64,000 nt of DNA from assembly GCA_002189035.1 (NCBI GenBank), contig NEEC01000019.1:1798001-1862000 (forward strand). The letters are read 5' to 3'. Below the pieces are notes generated by a model, which searched no databases, was not told the DNA's origin, and saw only the letters and a program-made list of their open reading frames with translations. The translations under genes were made by a program, and so were the position numbers. This stretch comes from Utricularia gibba. Lineage: Eukaryota; Plantae; Magnoliophyta. Of the stretch, positions 1 to 10,972 are shown in pieces. The stretch's first letter is position 1, and every line of letters starts with the position of its first letter.

Positions 1-1186
1 GTTGGATCTTTCAGCCACTCCTGTGAAGAAGCAATAGCCACTATTTCTTCAGAGAATGGCTTCTAAGTCCATCTGTGGTGTCATAAACTGCAGTCCCTTC
101 GTTCCTGTGCATCTTTCAGCCGAGTATCCATAAAAAAAGTCTACGCAGTAGAGGTTTTTGTTCAGAACCTCAGACAGCTTTATGTTGAGGTCACAGCTGT
201 GAACAGAAGAGACCCCCACCGAAAAGAGACCCCTACCATCACTGCTGCTCATAGAGCCCAAGATCAGCCATGCCAGGCGCAAAGGGAGGTGAAAGAAACC
301 ATTTTTCGTGAATTTGTGAGTGGATGCAGTGGGGGGCAGCTTGGGATCGGAGGTGAGACTACGTATCCTTTTTTAGGACATCGAATCTAGATAACAGAAC
401 AGGTTACACTTTTATTTTTCAGAAGATTGAATATTATAATAACAACTTCATTCAAGTGAGAAAGCTCTCCCACAAAAGAATTCTGGGAAGAATCATTCGG
501 AACCTGATATTAATTTATTGTCCAATTTCAATCACCTCGATGGATCTGAGACAGCAGCAAGTGGAGTAAGAAGTGTACTAAAATTCAAGAATCTAAGACT
601 CTAGCTTTAAAGAACTCTATCAACTATTTTTCCTTGGATAGAGCACATGAATGCATTTTGCATTAAAATAGTACATTATCCATCAAATCACAAGTAAATT
701 ACAATTCAACTATGAAGAAAGGGATTAAAAGGCACCTTACATATCAGCATATCAAAGCAGTGAATGAATATTCACTAACAGTAAATGTTGGGGTAACAGT
801 AGAAGATCAGTCAATCCCAATAATGTAACAAAAAAATTCAACTCTCTCAGAGATGCCAATATGAACAAGCTAACATTTAAACTTCTGTACAGATACAGAG
901 TTTCAAACCCATGAACACCATTCTAATAAAATGCATGACAGCAGCATAATCACACTATAGCGCATGGAATCCAAAAAACTTCAGCAGAAAAACCTCTTCG
1001 CCGATCATGAGCAAGTATGAGTGAAGCCCTCAATCGTGCTGGCAACAAATACACTTCTATCTATACTTCCACGGATCCATGAATTTTCTATCTAACAATT
1101 AATCGATCCTAACTACAAATTAAGTAATAAAATAATAATAAAAAGAGGTCAATTTTATGGTAATGGATTTCAAAAAATATTTAATG

Positions 1187-1416
1187 AATGTTCTGAAAAT
1201 TTTTTAAAACTTATTTCTATTTTTCAAAATTAAAAATAGTTTTGTTTTAGAACATTTTTAATTATAAAAATAATTCTATTAAAAACAATTTTAAAATTAT
1301 AATTTCAAAAATTATTTTTGAAAAAATAAGAAATTGGTTACTTTTATTTTTTACTTCTATTTTTCAAAATTATTTTTGAAAAGTAAAAACAAATTTAAAA
1401 AAATTTTCAGAACATT
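1187..1416. mobile_element. AT-rich MITE-like remnant with 19-bp inverted termini
   Basis: aatgttctgaaaatttttt (1187-1205) is the exact reverse complement of 1398-1416. Internal direct repeat tctatttttcaaaatta near 1216 and 1356. No TSD recognised. Confidence 0.4.
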
Positions 1417-1781
1417 ATTTTAGTTTTATGTGAATACTTGAGATGAAGATAATAAAAGTGACGAAGGATGATACTATAATGTTGATTATCTTATGTTGAT
1501 GAACTATTTCTATTTATGTAATATTATTTTTATCGTAATTATTTGATTGTTGATTTGTTATAATTGATTGTATTTGCTAAATTAATTATAATTATATTTT
1601 ACTATAATTCTTTCTTTTGCTCACATTTAAATCATTCATCCAATATTTATTATTTTCAACAAATGCAATTTATTATTATAATTATAAGGTTTCTTTTTTG
1701 GTCATTTTAGTTATGAGGATCGTTTTTCAGATGCTTTTATTAAAAATGCAAAGGAGCATTCTTGGATTGCTTGGTGTGTCC

Positions 1782-2636
1782 TCAAGAACAGATTGGGCAG
1801 CGAACCAATCCGTTCTCGTTACAGTCGCTGCATCTGATGACTAGGCTACAGCGCCTCTGTTTCAGGGGCGCCGGTTTGATGATCTTGCAGCTCCCGTCAC
1901 AAGTGGAACAGGGCAAGAATCTAGCACCTCCGCATCCTCGACAGACATAGCCGCCGGTCATCTTGGGGAGCCCCTGAAGCAGCTCCGCTAGGGATCCGCG
2001 CTCCGATAATGTCATCACCTCGTCAGCTCCACCGATGTACTTTCCATTCACAAACACCCTGGGTGGGAGGCACTCGTTTCTTGGTCTTCCTTTCAGGAGG
2101 GTCTCCAGTTCGTTGCGGTAGCCTCGATCCATAGAGATATCCCTCTCGCAGATCATGACTCCGAGTCCCGAAATCGCCGATCGGACGGAATTGCAGTCCT
2201 CGAAAGTCTTCCGTACGCCCCTCAAACTGGTGGTGTAGAGCACCACTCTGTTCTCTCCTTTCGGCGGGAAAATCTGTTCAAATTCAATTTTGAATCCATT
2301 TCCGTCAGGAACGTCGGGACTGTCGGTTCTGGGGAAGAAACGGAAGCTGGGGATGCGATCTGAGTGGAGGCCAGCCATGAGATCCCACGCATTGATGACG
2401 GGTTCGTCTAGGGGAGAGGAATCATCGGATTTCTGGGCGGGTAAAAGAGATCTGAGAGTGATCCGGTGGCGGGGAGGGGGAGACATTGACTCCTCTCGTT
2501 GCTCGTCGAGGGAGAGCAGGCCGTAGGTGGTGGAGGTGAGGGAGACGATGTGGTGAGTGAAGGCGGCGGTGGTGGAAGCCATTCCGGTGAAATCCTGATC
2601 CTGATGTAGCATTAGAGCGGATGAAGCGCAACCCAT
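1782..2636 (-). CDS. Glutaredoxin-like family protein (plant GRX domain plus C-terminal CxxC zinc-finger-like region), intronless, 284 aa
   Basis: ORF 1782..2768; likely start is MGCASS at 2636 (possible myristoylation/palmitoylation motif). Family motifs HHIVSLTSTTYG, VINAWDLMAGL, VVLYTTSLRGVRKTFEDC, PRVFVNGKYIGGADEV, CRGCGGARFLPCSTCDGSCK, CNENGLVRCPIC. Confidence 0.92.
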   Translation of the reverse strand: MGCASSALMLHQDQDFTGMASTTAAFTHHIVSLTSTTYGLLSLDEQREESMSPPPRHRITLRSLLPAQKSDDSSPLDEPVINAWDLMAGLHSDRIPSFRFFPRTDSPDVPDGNGFKIEFEQIFPPKGENRVVLYTTSLRGVRKTFEDCNSVRSAISGLGVMICERDISMDRGYRNELETLLKGRPRNECLPPRVFVNGKYIGGADEVMTLSERGSLAELLQGLPKMTGGYVCRGCGGARFLPCSTCDGSCKIIKPAPLKQRRCSLVIRCSDCNENGLVRCPICS

Positions 2637-3060
2637 CTTGGCTTGCGGAAGGGCAATGGGATCGGATCTCGGAGACGGACAGAAATCAGTGGCAGGGAAG
2701 AGAGCTTTAATTTGAAAGAAAGAATGGCGGTGAAGAAGATGGGTTTCCCCTTTTGAAATCCAGTCCAAAGTGTAGCACGCTTTTTAAAAACCTCTTTTGA
2801 ATTTGATCCCCTCTCTGATACATGAATTAAATAATTAATATATTTTATTATATACTAAAAATAATTACTTTTACAACTGAATTACATACTGAAATTTCAA
2901 TATAAATGGCTAAATTTCGAAATGATCATGAAATTATAATGATATTGTACATTATTTATTGTGAAACTATAGCGCTGACTTAACAATAGCATGACTATAA
3001 AGCTTATTATGATAATTATAGCATAAATAATTCTTAATATTCACAATTCCAATATTACCA

Positions 3061-3158
3061 GGCCCAATTTGAGTGCATCGGCCTATGGGCCATTTCATGT
3101 TGTGGTTAACTAGTCCAATTAGCTTAATAATAAGCCCATTACTGGGGTACTATAAATA
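3061..3158 (+). promoter_or_regulatory. Site II (GGCCCA/AGCCCA) cluster and TATA box in the divergent GRX/snurportin promoter
   Basis: ggccca 3061-3066, tgggcc 3086-3091, agccca 3133-3138, tataaata 3151-3158, about 180-270 nt upstream of the snurportin ATG. Confidence 0.55.
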
Positions 3159-3332
3159 TTATGAAGCGGACGGAGCAAGAAGGCGCAGGATTGGTTTGCT
3201 GTTTCGTGTCTGTGCTGAAAATAGGGAACAAGAGGAAAGGCGGCGAACTCTGGAATCGGAATTCCGCAGATTACATTGCTAAAGGGGATCACAAGATCTA
3301 AAACGCCTACTCAAAACTCTAGGACATTGGCG

Positions 3333-6127
3333 ATGGCGTCGCAGGACCACAGGCGTCCATTCAAACAGCCCTCTTTTTCCGACCAGCGTCGGCGCCGTCA
3401 GCAGTCTTTACAACGGCAGTCACAGAAGCGTGGAGAAGCGCAGCGCCATGCGCGTAGCTTGCTGCAGACTATTCTGTCCTTCCAAGATGTTGTCCCCTCC
3501 GAGTCGCTTACTGATGATTCTCTTGTTACTCAGCCGGAAGAATCGGTCCAGGATTTTGATGTTCGGCAGGCGGCAAGGATAAGAGGCCCAGAAGCTCGGC
3601 GGTGGTTTGCCAAGCAGCTTATGATGCCCGAGTGGATGATCGATGTCCCTGACCGTTTGGATTCTGATTGGTACTCTTCTTTTTCAACACCAACATCTGG
3701 TTTTTCAAGTTGGCCTGCTAAGAATTTTTTATTTTAATTGATTCCAGTTTTTCTTCTTAAAAACGATGGTGAAAAAAGTGGCGCATTTGGTCACTCTTAC
3801 TAGCTAACTATTAAAGTAGCAGCACAGTTCTTCATCATCATATTGCTGTATTTGCTTCATATTATTCAATTCTGAATGCGCTGTATGTGCATGGATCCTC
3901 TTTTTTCCCTTCTTACAGGTACGTATGTGCCAGGCCTGCCGGAAAGCGTTGTTTCGTTGTGTCATCCCATGGGATTACAGTAAGCAGATTACGTAATGGA
4001 AATTTGCTGCATCGATTTCCTTCTGCATTACCGAACGGTTCCAGGGCTAGTAATAGTAAGGGCTCGGGGCAATCTTACTGTATACTTGATTGCATATTCC
4101 ATGAGGTAATGTTGCCATGTCATGGTTTTTTTTCCCTATTGAAAGTCTCATTATCTGTAATTTATTTTTACAATGATGCCTGCAGCCTGATCAAACATAC
4201 TACGTTAATGATATGGTGTGCTGGGCAGGGATCTCAATGTACGAATGCACTGCCGAATTCAGACTCTTTTGGCTAAGCAACAAGCTTGTTGAGACGGGCG
4301 CCTGTGATAGTCCATCAAGTTCCCATAAGTATATGTTCAGGGCCCTTAATGTATACAACTGCGACCAAGAGGGTCTAACAGAAGCTTATACTGGATTAGT
4401 GCCATATGTAAAGGATGGGCTTTTATTTTGCAATAAGTAAGTGATTTAAGATCCGTCTTTTATTGGATGACACTCGTGAGTTGAGATCTTCCTGGAATTC
4501 CCTTCCATGGAATGTGTTCTGGAGTGTTTGAAATAAATCACACGATTTCGGATTGTTACCTTACATAATTAATTGTCAGTGGCTTATTGTTGGTCAATAT
4601 ACTCATTTATTTGGGAAGGGGGGTTGTGGGTGCGTTGATCTTGTTATATTCTAGTGCAGGAACGTGGTTATCATAGATTGAATAGCTACTGAAATATGTG
4701 CATTTTTACTCCTCCAAAAGAAAATCCTGCTCTATTGGATACCATGATGAGAACGGGTGTAATTCAGATTGCTAATGATCAGTTGCATTCCTGTTGCCCT
4801 TTTCAGGCATTCTCACTATCAACCTGGAAACACGCCATTAGCACTGGTTTGGAAAGATGAAAATTGCAGTCAGTACGTAATTGACACTGATAGCAAGGGG
4901 CTCATTCCAGATCAGCAACAGGTTTATATACTTGTGCATCAAATCGGCATTTTTCAAAGCAACTTCTTCATTTTTTTTCCCAAATATTTCAATGTGTATT
5001 TTTTTTATTTTTCGATGAAAAGGTACCTATTTGCCCATACATGACTCTTGAATAGCACAGTAAAAGTTGTTTTATTTGAAGATGCCAATTTTTTTTTCAT
5101 GTGCACATATTTTTTAGCCTGAATTTTAACGTCTTAAATGATCAGGTTGTTTTGGAGTTACTTGATGACGGAAGCCTCGCTACATCAGATGATCCTCCAG
5201 CTATATTTGGTCACTTGGACAAAAGCTTTATTCAAGAGGTTGATTTAGTGTCATGTTTCTTGCATATATGCCATGCCCTGATAGCTTTTGCAAATTAAAG
5301 ATCAGTTTGATATAAAATTTTTGGGAACCAGTTCATTTTATTAGGTGCTTTTGAGAAGTAAGAATATGGGAGCTCTGTCTAACATTCTATAGTTTTTTAT
5401 CTCATCAAATTTTTGCCCTTTGTGGTATCTTCCCTTCTTCTTTTTTTCTCTGAATGTAAGTAATCAGGATCAGCGATCTACTTTATGATAACTTAATGTG
5501 ATTAGCATTTTTCACTTGCAGAATGAGCTTAAGCCCGGAACTCTTCTCAGATTTGCTATCAAAGAGTGGGGATCATATTTTACTGATGGAAAACTAGAGG
5601 GAACTGACTTGCAGTACAATGGAAAACCAAATCGCTCAAAAAACCTCGCTGATTCCCTCTCTAAGGTGAGAAGAGTGGTCGTGACACGAGGAAATGGAAA
5701 TTCCCTGCTGGCCTTTGTTTCTTCCGGATACTAACATGAGAATGAAAATTGAAATTATACACTAGACAGAAAAAATAGGGAAACATTCATTGAGATAGTC
5801 TGTGTGGATTGATGCAATTGATACCTCGACCGTTGATTCACTCAGATGAATTTGATTTCAACGTAGGCTTTATTGTTTAATCGTTTTTTTAAAAAAATTT
5901 CCATGGGAAGTCCGTGTGTTGTGTTTATGATAGACTTGTGGAAACTCTTAGAATATTGTTTTAACATAAAGTTATGTGTGTGTCAGGTGGTGTTCCAATA
6001 TATGGCCCGGAATGCTCCTCTCAGAATTGAGCATTTAGCTGCTGCGGTGAGTGCTTCTAGAAAAGAAGATACAGCAATTTGTGATGTCGATATTGTTGAT
6101 CTAACTCTAAACAGCAAGGATGCCTAG
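3333..6127 (+). CDS. SPN1: Snurportin-1 (m3G-cap snRNP import adaptor), 7 exons
   Basis: Exons 3333-3670, 3919-4105, 4186-4436, 4807-4921, 5146-5238, 5522-5665, 5987-6127 join in frame with GT-AG sites. Motifs LMMPEWMIDVP, WYVCARPAGKRCFVVS, ILDCIFHE, DMVCW, KDGLLF, GNTPLALVWKD. Confidence 0.92.
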
Positions 6128-6464
6128 TTTGGTGAGCGTTTTCAACTCAGAATGATAAGCTGTGTGGTAGGTGCATGCTTTTTTGTTTACAGCAAGATGT
6201 TCCCCTATAAATTAAAGTTGTTGTTTGAAGATTGTACGTTGTAATACCAGTCTGAAGAGTGCCGTGACAAAATGTTTTATAATTTTCAGTTAGCTAGGTT
6301 ATTGGATATTCCCTGCAACTTCAAGAGAATATATAAAGCATTCGTGCATGAAAAACGACTCATGGCTGCCGTCTATGTTTTATAAGGATCATGTTATGCC
6401 TTAGGTGTTGCAATGATGATGAAATGCTGTGTATTCATGAATGCAAATTCTGTATATTACATGG

Positions 6465-8287
6465 CTATGTTTTTTCCCATTCTTCCTTGCAAGGAGGCAA
6501 TGGATTGCCACACAAGCACAGGTTATGAGCATAGGTTGCTTCTGGAAACACATTAAATGGCCTTCCTTGTGGAATCTCACCGCACAGTTTATTTGCCCGG
6601 AAATTTGCATGTCCAAGTCTTTTGATATTCAATAAGCTGTTTGGGATCTTCCCGCTTATTCCATTGACAGAAAGATCAAGCCACCGCAATCCCACCATTT
6701 TTCCAAGGCTTGTTGGGATTGCACCAGATATCCTGTTCCTTGAGATATCGAGTTTTTGAAGCTTGTCCAGGTTTGATATTGAACTGGGAATGGGACCGCT
6801 GATCTTATTTCTTGCTAGCTTGAGGACTTTTAGGTTGAGACCAGCACCGAATTCTGGGATGCTTCCAAAAATTTGATTCTGAGATAAGTCAAAAACCTCC
6901 AAGAGTCTACTTTTGTCATTGCTTAATATTCCTGATAGGGATCCAAAGAGATGGTTTGAGTGGAGATCTAGTAGTAATATCTGCTCTGGGAGTCTGATTG
7001 AGGAGATATCAGAATCTAGTAGGTTGTTTGAAATCTTAGCTGTCTCTAAGCTGGTCATTCTCTGCAGGAAAAATGAAATCCCAGTTTTGAAGTAGTTATT
7101 TGAGAGGTCTATAGACCGCAGGGAACCAGGCTGTGTGAAGTTTGGAAGAGATCCATGGAGGTTACATCCAGCAAGATGAACATCATATACTTCTCTTGTC
7201 GTAATCCAACTAGGGATCGTCCCAAAACTGAGGCCACTGTAAGAAAGGTCGATGGACAATATCGCAGGAAGTCCCCAGTCAAAGGTTGCTGCATCAGGCA
7301 AGGGGTTTGTCAACTGATTTCTTGACAGGTTAAGATTCCACAAGTTGTGCAACCGGGAGATTGACTCAGGAATCCGGCCCGTGAGTTTGTTTGAACTCAA
7401 CCTCAACACAGAGATGGACCTCAAGTTCCCAATTTGCGATGGGATTTCTCCTGTGAGCTCATTCTGATCTAGAGACAGTTCAGAGAGCTGTGTTAGGTTG
7501 CACAAAGCACTCGGTATTTTCCCAGAAAGCTTGTTCTTGCTGAGCATGAGATATGCCAAATCATGGAGCTCCCCAAGGAAGTCTGGTATTGGCCCAGACA
7601 GTGAATTTGCACTGAGATCAAGATGCTGAAGCCCTTTGAGGCTGCTAACTACTTTTGGGATTTCCCCTGTCAGCAAATTCCCGGCAAGATTCAGGTGCCG
7701 CAAATGAAGTAAACTTCCCAGAAATAGAGGAATTTGACCTCCCAGACGATTCCCACCGACAGAGAATGTCTCAAGACTCTTCAACCTCCCTAAACCCTCG
7801 GGAATCTCCCCCTCAAGCCATTATCATCCAGCACCAGGTGCACCAGCCTCGTGAGATTTGCGAAGCTCTCAGGAATCGGGCCGCTGAGTCGTTTCATGCC
7901 GCTTATCACCAGTGTTTCCAAGAACCTCAGGCCTCCAAGAGAAGGAGACAGACGCCCCATCATGAAAACTACAGTGCCGTTGCCCGGCGTCGGACTTCCC
8001 CTTATGTAAGCGTCGTCCCCGCCGCCGGCCGCGGGTCTCTGCAGTATCAGTTTGCTCACTCTGCCGCCTTCATCCCGACACTCAACTCCCTCCCAGCCAC
8101 CCCCGCAGCAGTCATCCCCGACCCAAGTGGCCATAGCCCCCGTCGTGTCCTTGGAAATCCGAGCTTTGAACCCCAGCAGCGCAGCCCTGTCTGCTGTCGC
8201 GCAGGCTGCAGCTGATGTCTGCGGCTCGGCACAGGAAAAACAGCTCAAGAAGAAGAGAAGACCGAGAACCCAACTCCCCAACCCCAT
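6465..8287 (-). CDS. Secreted LRR-only protein (PGIP/DRT100-like, no TM or kinase domain), intronless, about 607 aa after repairing one frameshift
   Basis: Signal peptide, LRR N-cap (DRAALLGFK...WVGDDCCGGGWEGVEC), many LxxLxLxxNxLSGxIP repeats and C-cap YAHNLCLCGNPLPPC. ORFs 7790..8287 and 6465..7784 join into DNGLRGEIPEGLGRLKSLE if one G is added to the run at 7808-7812. Resembles Arabidopsis At5g23400 from recall. Confidence 0.88.
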
Positions 8288-9005
8288 TCTTGGAGCTACA
8301 CAGAGATGATCATGAATGACAAGACAGGGACGATCATGGAAAGGAAAAAAGTGTAGTTTCCCCTTTTTGTCACTCGAAACATGTACAGAAGAAGTTGGTT
8401 TCGTGTCTCCCCGTTTTATACTTGGCCGGTGAAACTGAATACAAAGGAGCCTCTTCCCCCCTCTTGATGTTTAATGAAATTCACTCATAGATGTGATTTT
8501 CAGACCGTTTCTTAGGCATATTGATTGCAGCTCACGCGGATTCCGGTGACTGTTACAACATCGGATCGGAGCGTCCATCCTCTCCAACTTTTCCATGTCC
8601 ACATCCTCCTTTTCTAGCACATGCGCAGTGCAGATTTTTTCCATATATCCTAAAGTTTTAATTTTTCTAACTTTATATGCTCTAATTTCATGCTTGGGAA
8701 CAACCAATGTTTTGATTCATCAATCATCACATTCTGGTACAAAATTGAAAATTTTCCATGTGTTTTTTTTTTCTCTTTGGCGACATTTAAACCCTCCATC
8801 ATTTTTTTCTACCTTTCGCTGGGCGCCCCCACAAGCCCAACCTCTCAATCATCAACATTATTACACACTTTCGTCCCAACTTTTCCGACCGCAACACAGA
8901 CACGGACATACATACACACGCCTCCGCTGTCGATGAAACCGACGGCTGCAGTGGTCCGCATTAGCAATTTTCCCCAACTAAGATACTCTTCGTTGAATTT
9001 CAGAC

Positions 9006-10084
9006 ATGCTTGGGGAACCTGGTTCGGTCTACGGCCTTAACCGGAGAGAGCTGCTGCTCGGTGGTTTACAGAAAGGCGAAGACGCTGACCCGTGTCAACG
9101 ACGAGTCCATCCATTCATCCTCCTCCGTCACTAGTTACTTTCAGCTTTTACAGACCCTGCGAACCTCCCCGGAAGTAATTAATGATCCTGATCAGTACTC
9201 CCTTGTCTCTTATTAGCACCGGGTTAATGACCCACAGCATATTTCGAAGTCGGTAATATGGTCGATGTCCCTCCCTTTACGAACCTTTCGCACATTAATT
9301 GACCGCAGTGAAAAAAGGGAAAGTTACAGCTTGGATTTTTAACGAGCTCTATTGTCTGGATACCTGTACTCGTTCCGGAACATGGATTCTCTGTAGTTCT
9401 ATTGCTCGCAGCAGTACATGAGTTGCAAAGTTGGGCCAGGGCCAACCATTCTTTTGACTTCGCTGATGCAGCGCAAAGTTTAGAACATGGGATCCTGCTC
9501 AAGCCTCGAGCTGACGAGCGTGTGATATCCATTATCGAACTCTCTTACTGCGTTTTCTTTTTCCTTTTTTGCTTTTTTTTGCATGCATGCAAAGTCTCTT
9601 ACTTTTCATCCTCATGCAACAATGTTCGCTCATTCTAGGTTCCAATGGAAGTGCTTTCTGAAGTGAACTCCTCCCGGAACCTGCTCAGTTCGGCCACAGT
9701 GAATTAATTCTGTGGTGAGCCATGGCTCTGAAAATTGCCTGCGTTTAGTTGTCTAGGAGCACAAGGCATCCACCCATTCCATCAGTCAGATGACATGATG
9801 CGGCAGAGAGATGGGCAACTGCCCAGGACCAAGTACAGCTTTCTTAAATGTGTTCAGATAGCAGGTAACAGAGGAGGTGTTACCGTTGAATCATTCATCA
9901 AGTGAAATAAAAAGAATTGGGAGCAGATTCTTTAGGTCCCAAATTTGGGCACGTGACCAGCAGGAAGACAGCAAACTCATGTGGCAATGGGATTCTTGGC
10001 TACGAGCGTTGTGCAGTGTGCAACACTTTTACCCATTGCATGCCTGCTTCCGCTGCTGCACTTGGAGTGGCGGGGACCAACTGA
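9006..10084 (+). pseudogene. Unannotated spliced locus, probably a degenerate NAC-domain gene (SOG1/ANAC044/SND2-type)
   Basis: Splice-like sites at 9003/9175, 9414, 9639, 9865, 9935. Collinear NAC-like words HPFI, PANLPG followed by a phase-1 donor, HSFDFADAAQS, HPFH and RDGQLPRTK. In-frame TAG at 9132-9134 and further stops at 9640-9715. Confidence 0.4.
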
Positions 10085-10972
10085 TTCGTTTTAACGTGAG
10101 ACGACGAAGAAGCATCGGGACTCGCAATGACTGACTGACTGACGGAGCTCCCATGTTCAAAAACAAAAGAAAAAAAGAAGAAAAAAAGCAGACCAGGCAT
10201 CATAGGGTGAATGTGAACTTGCCCGGCCCCGCCATTTTTTTTTCCTGGAGCTCCTTTTGATGTAAAACAGGATGGGCAAGGAGAAAAAAACATGAGATGG
10301 AGCAAACCCATCATCAATCATTAACACATTTTTTGTAATAGTTTTTGTGATTGAAATGAAATTTGATCTGAAAAGCACTTTCAAAAAGAACAGAATCAAT
10401 CCGCCACGAACGGAATCATTTCTTTTGTTTTGTTTTTTGATTTGAAACTTGAAAGTAGATTGGTAGCTGAAACCGAACAGAGCAGGGGTTGCGGGTCCGG
10501 GACGGTCTGGGGTTCTGTTTCACCTTTTCATCACAGCCACACAAACCCATCTGGTACTGCTTTCTCCTCTTCATTTGATTTGACTCAGCTGTGCCCGTGC
10601 CCATGGTTTTGAAAAGATAGATTTTTGAAGTCGGCCATACATACATCCTCCACATCCCATGTTGTGAATGATCACTGACTTTTAAATGGGGAGTTAAAAA
10701 AAGAGTGGGTCTGTAGAGGAAGGAAGAAGAAGAAGAAGACGAATAAATAAATGGGGGGTTATCTACTCTGCTCTATATCTTTTTCTTTGGTTGAAACACC
10801 AAAGTACAACTACAGACCAGTTGTCAATTATTTTGTTCCAATTTGGGAAATTAGCTTTTGGATTCTTGCTCCCAAATTGTGCACCTACCTGTTCCTGCTG
10901 CTGCCTTATACCGCAGTCAAGTAATGTGACCCCCAAAACTCGCCTGCATTCCTCTGCCTTCTCTTTCAGAAT

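Noticed and set aside
363-372. U12-like donor GTATCCTTTT on the + strand
   Set aside because: No + strand exon or branch point was found, and base composition indicates a minus-strand intron here.
7655-8215. 186-aa + strand ORF and other long antisense ORFs (15328..15879, 17161..17748, 47850..48596, 60559..61017)
   Set aside because: These are shadow ORFs opposite real coding exons, with no recognisable domains.
9004-10084. SWEET, UMAMIT, YABBY, MADS or HD-Zip identity for the unannotated locus
   Set aside because: Each gave only one or two weak word matches with the wrong exon structure. The NAC interpretation gave more collinear matches and the expected intron position.
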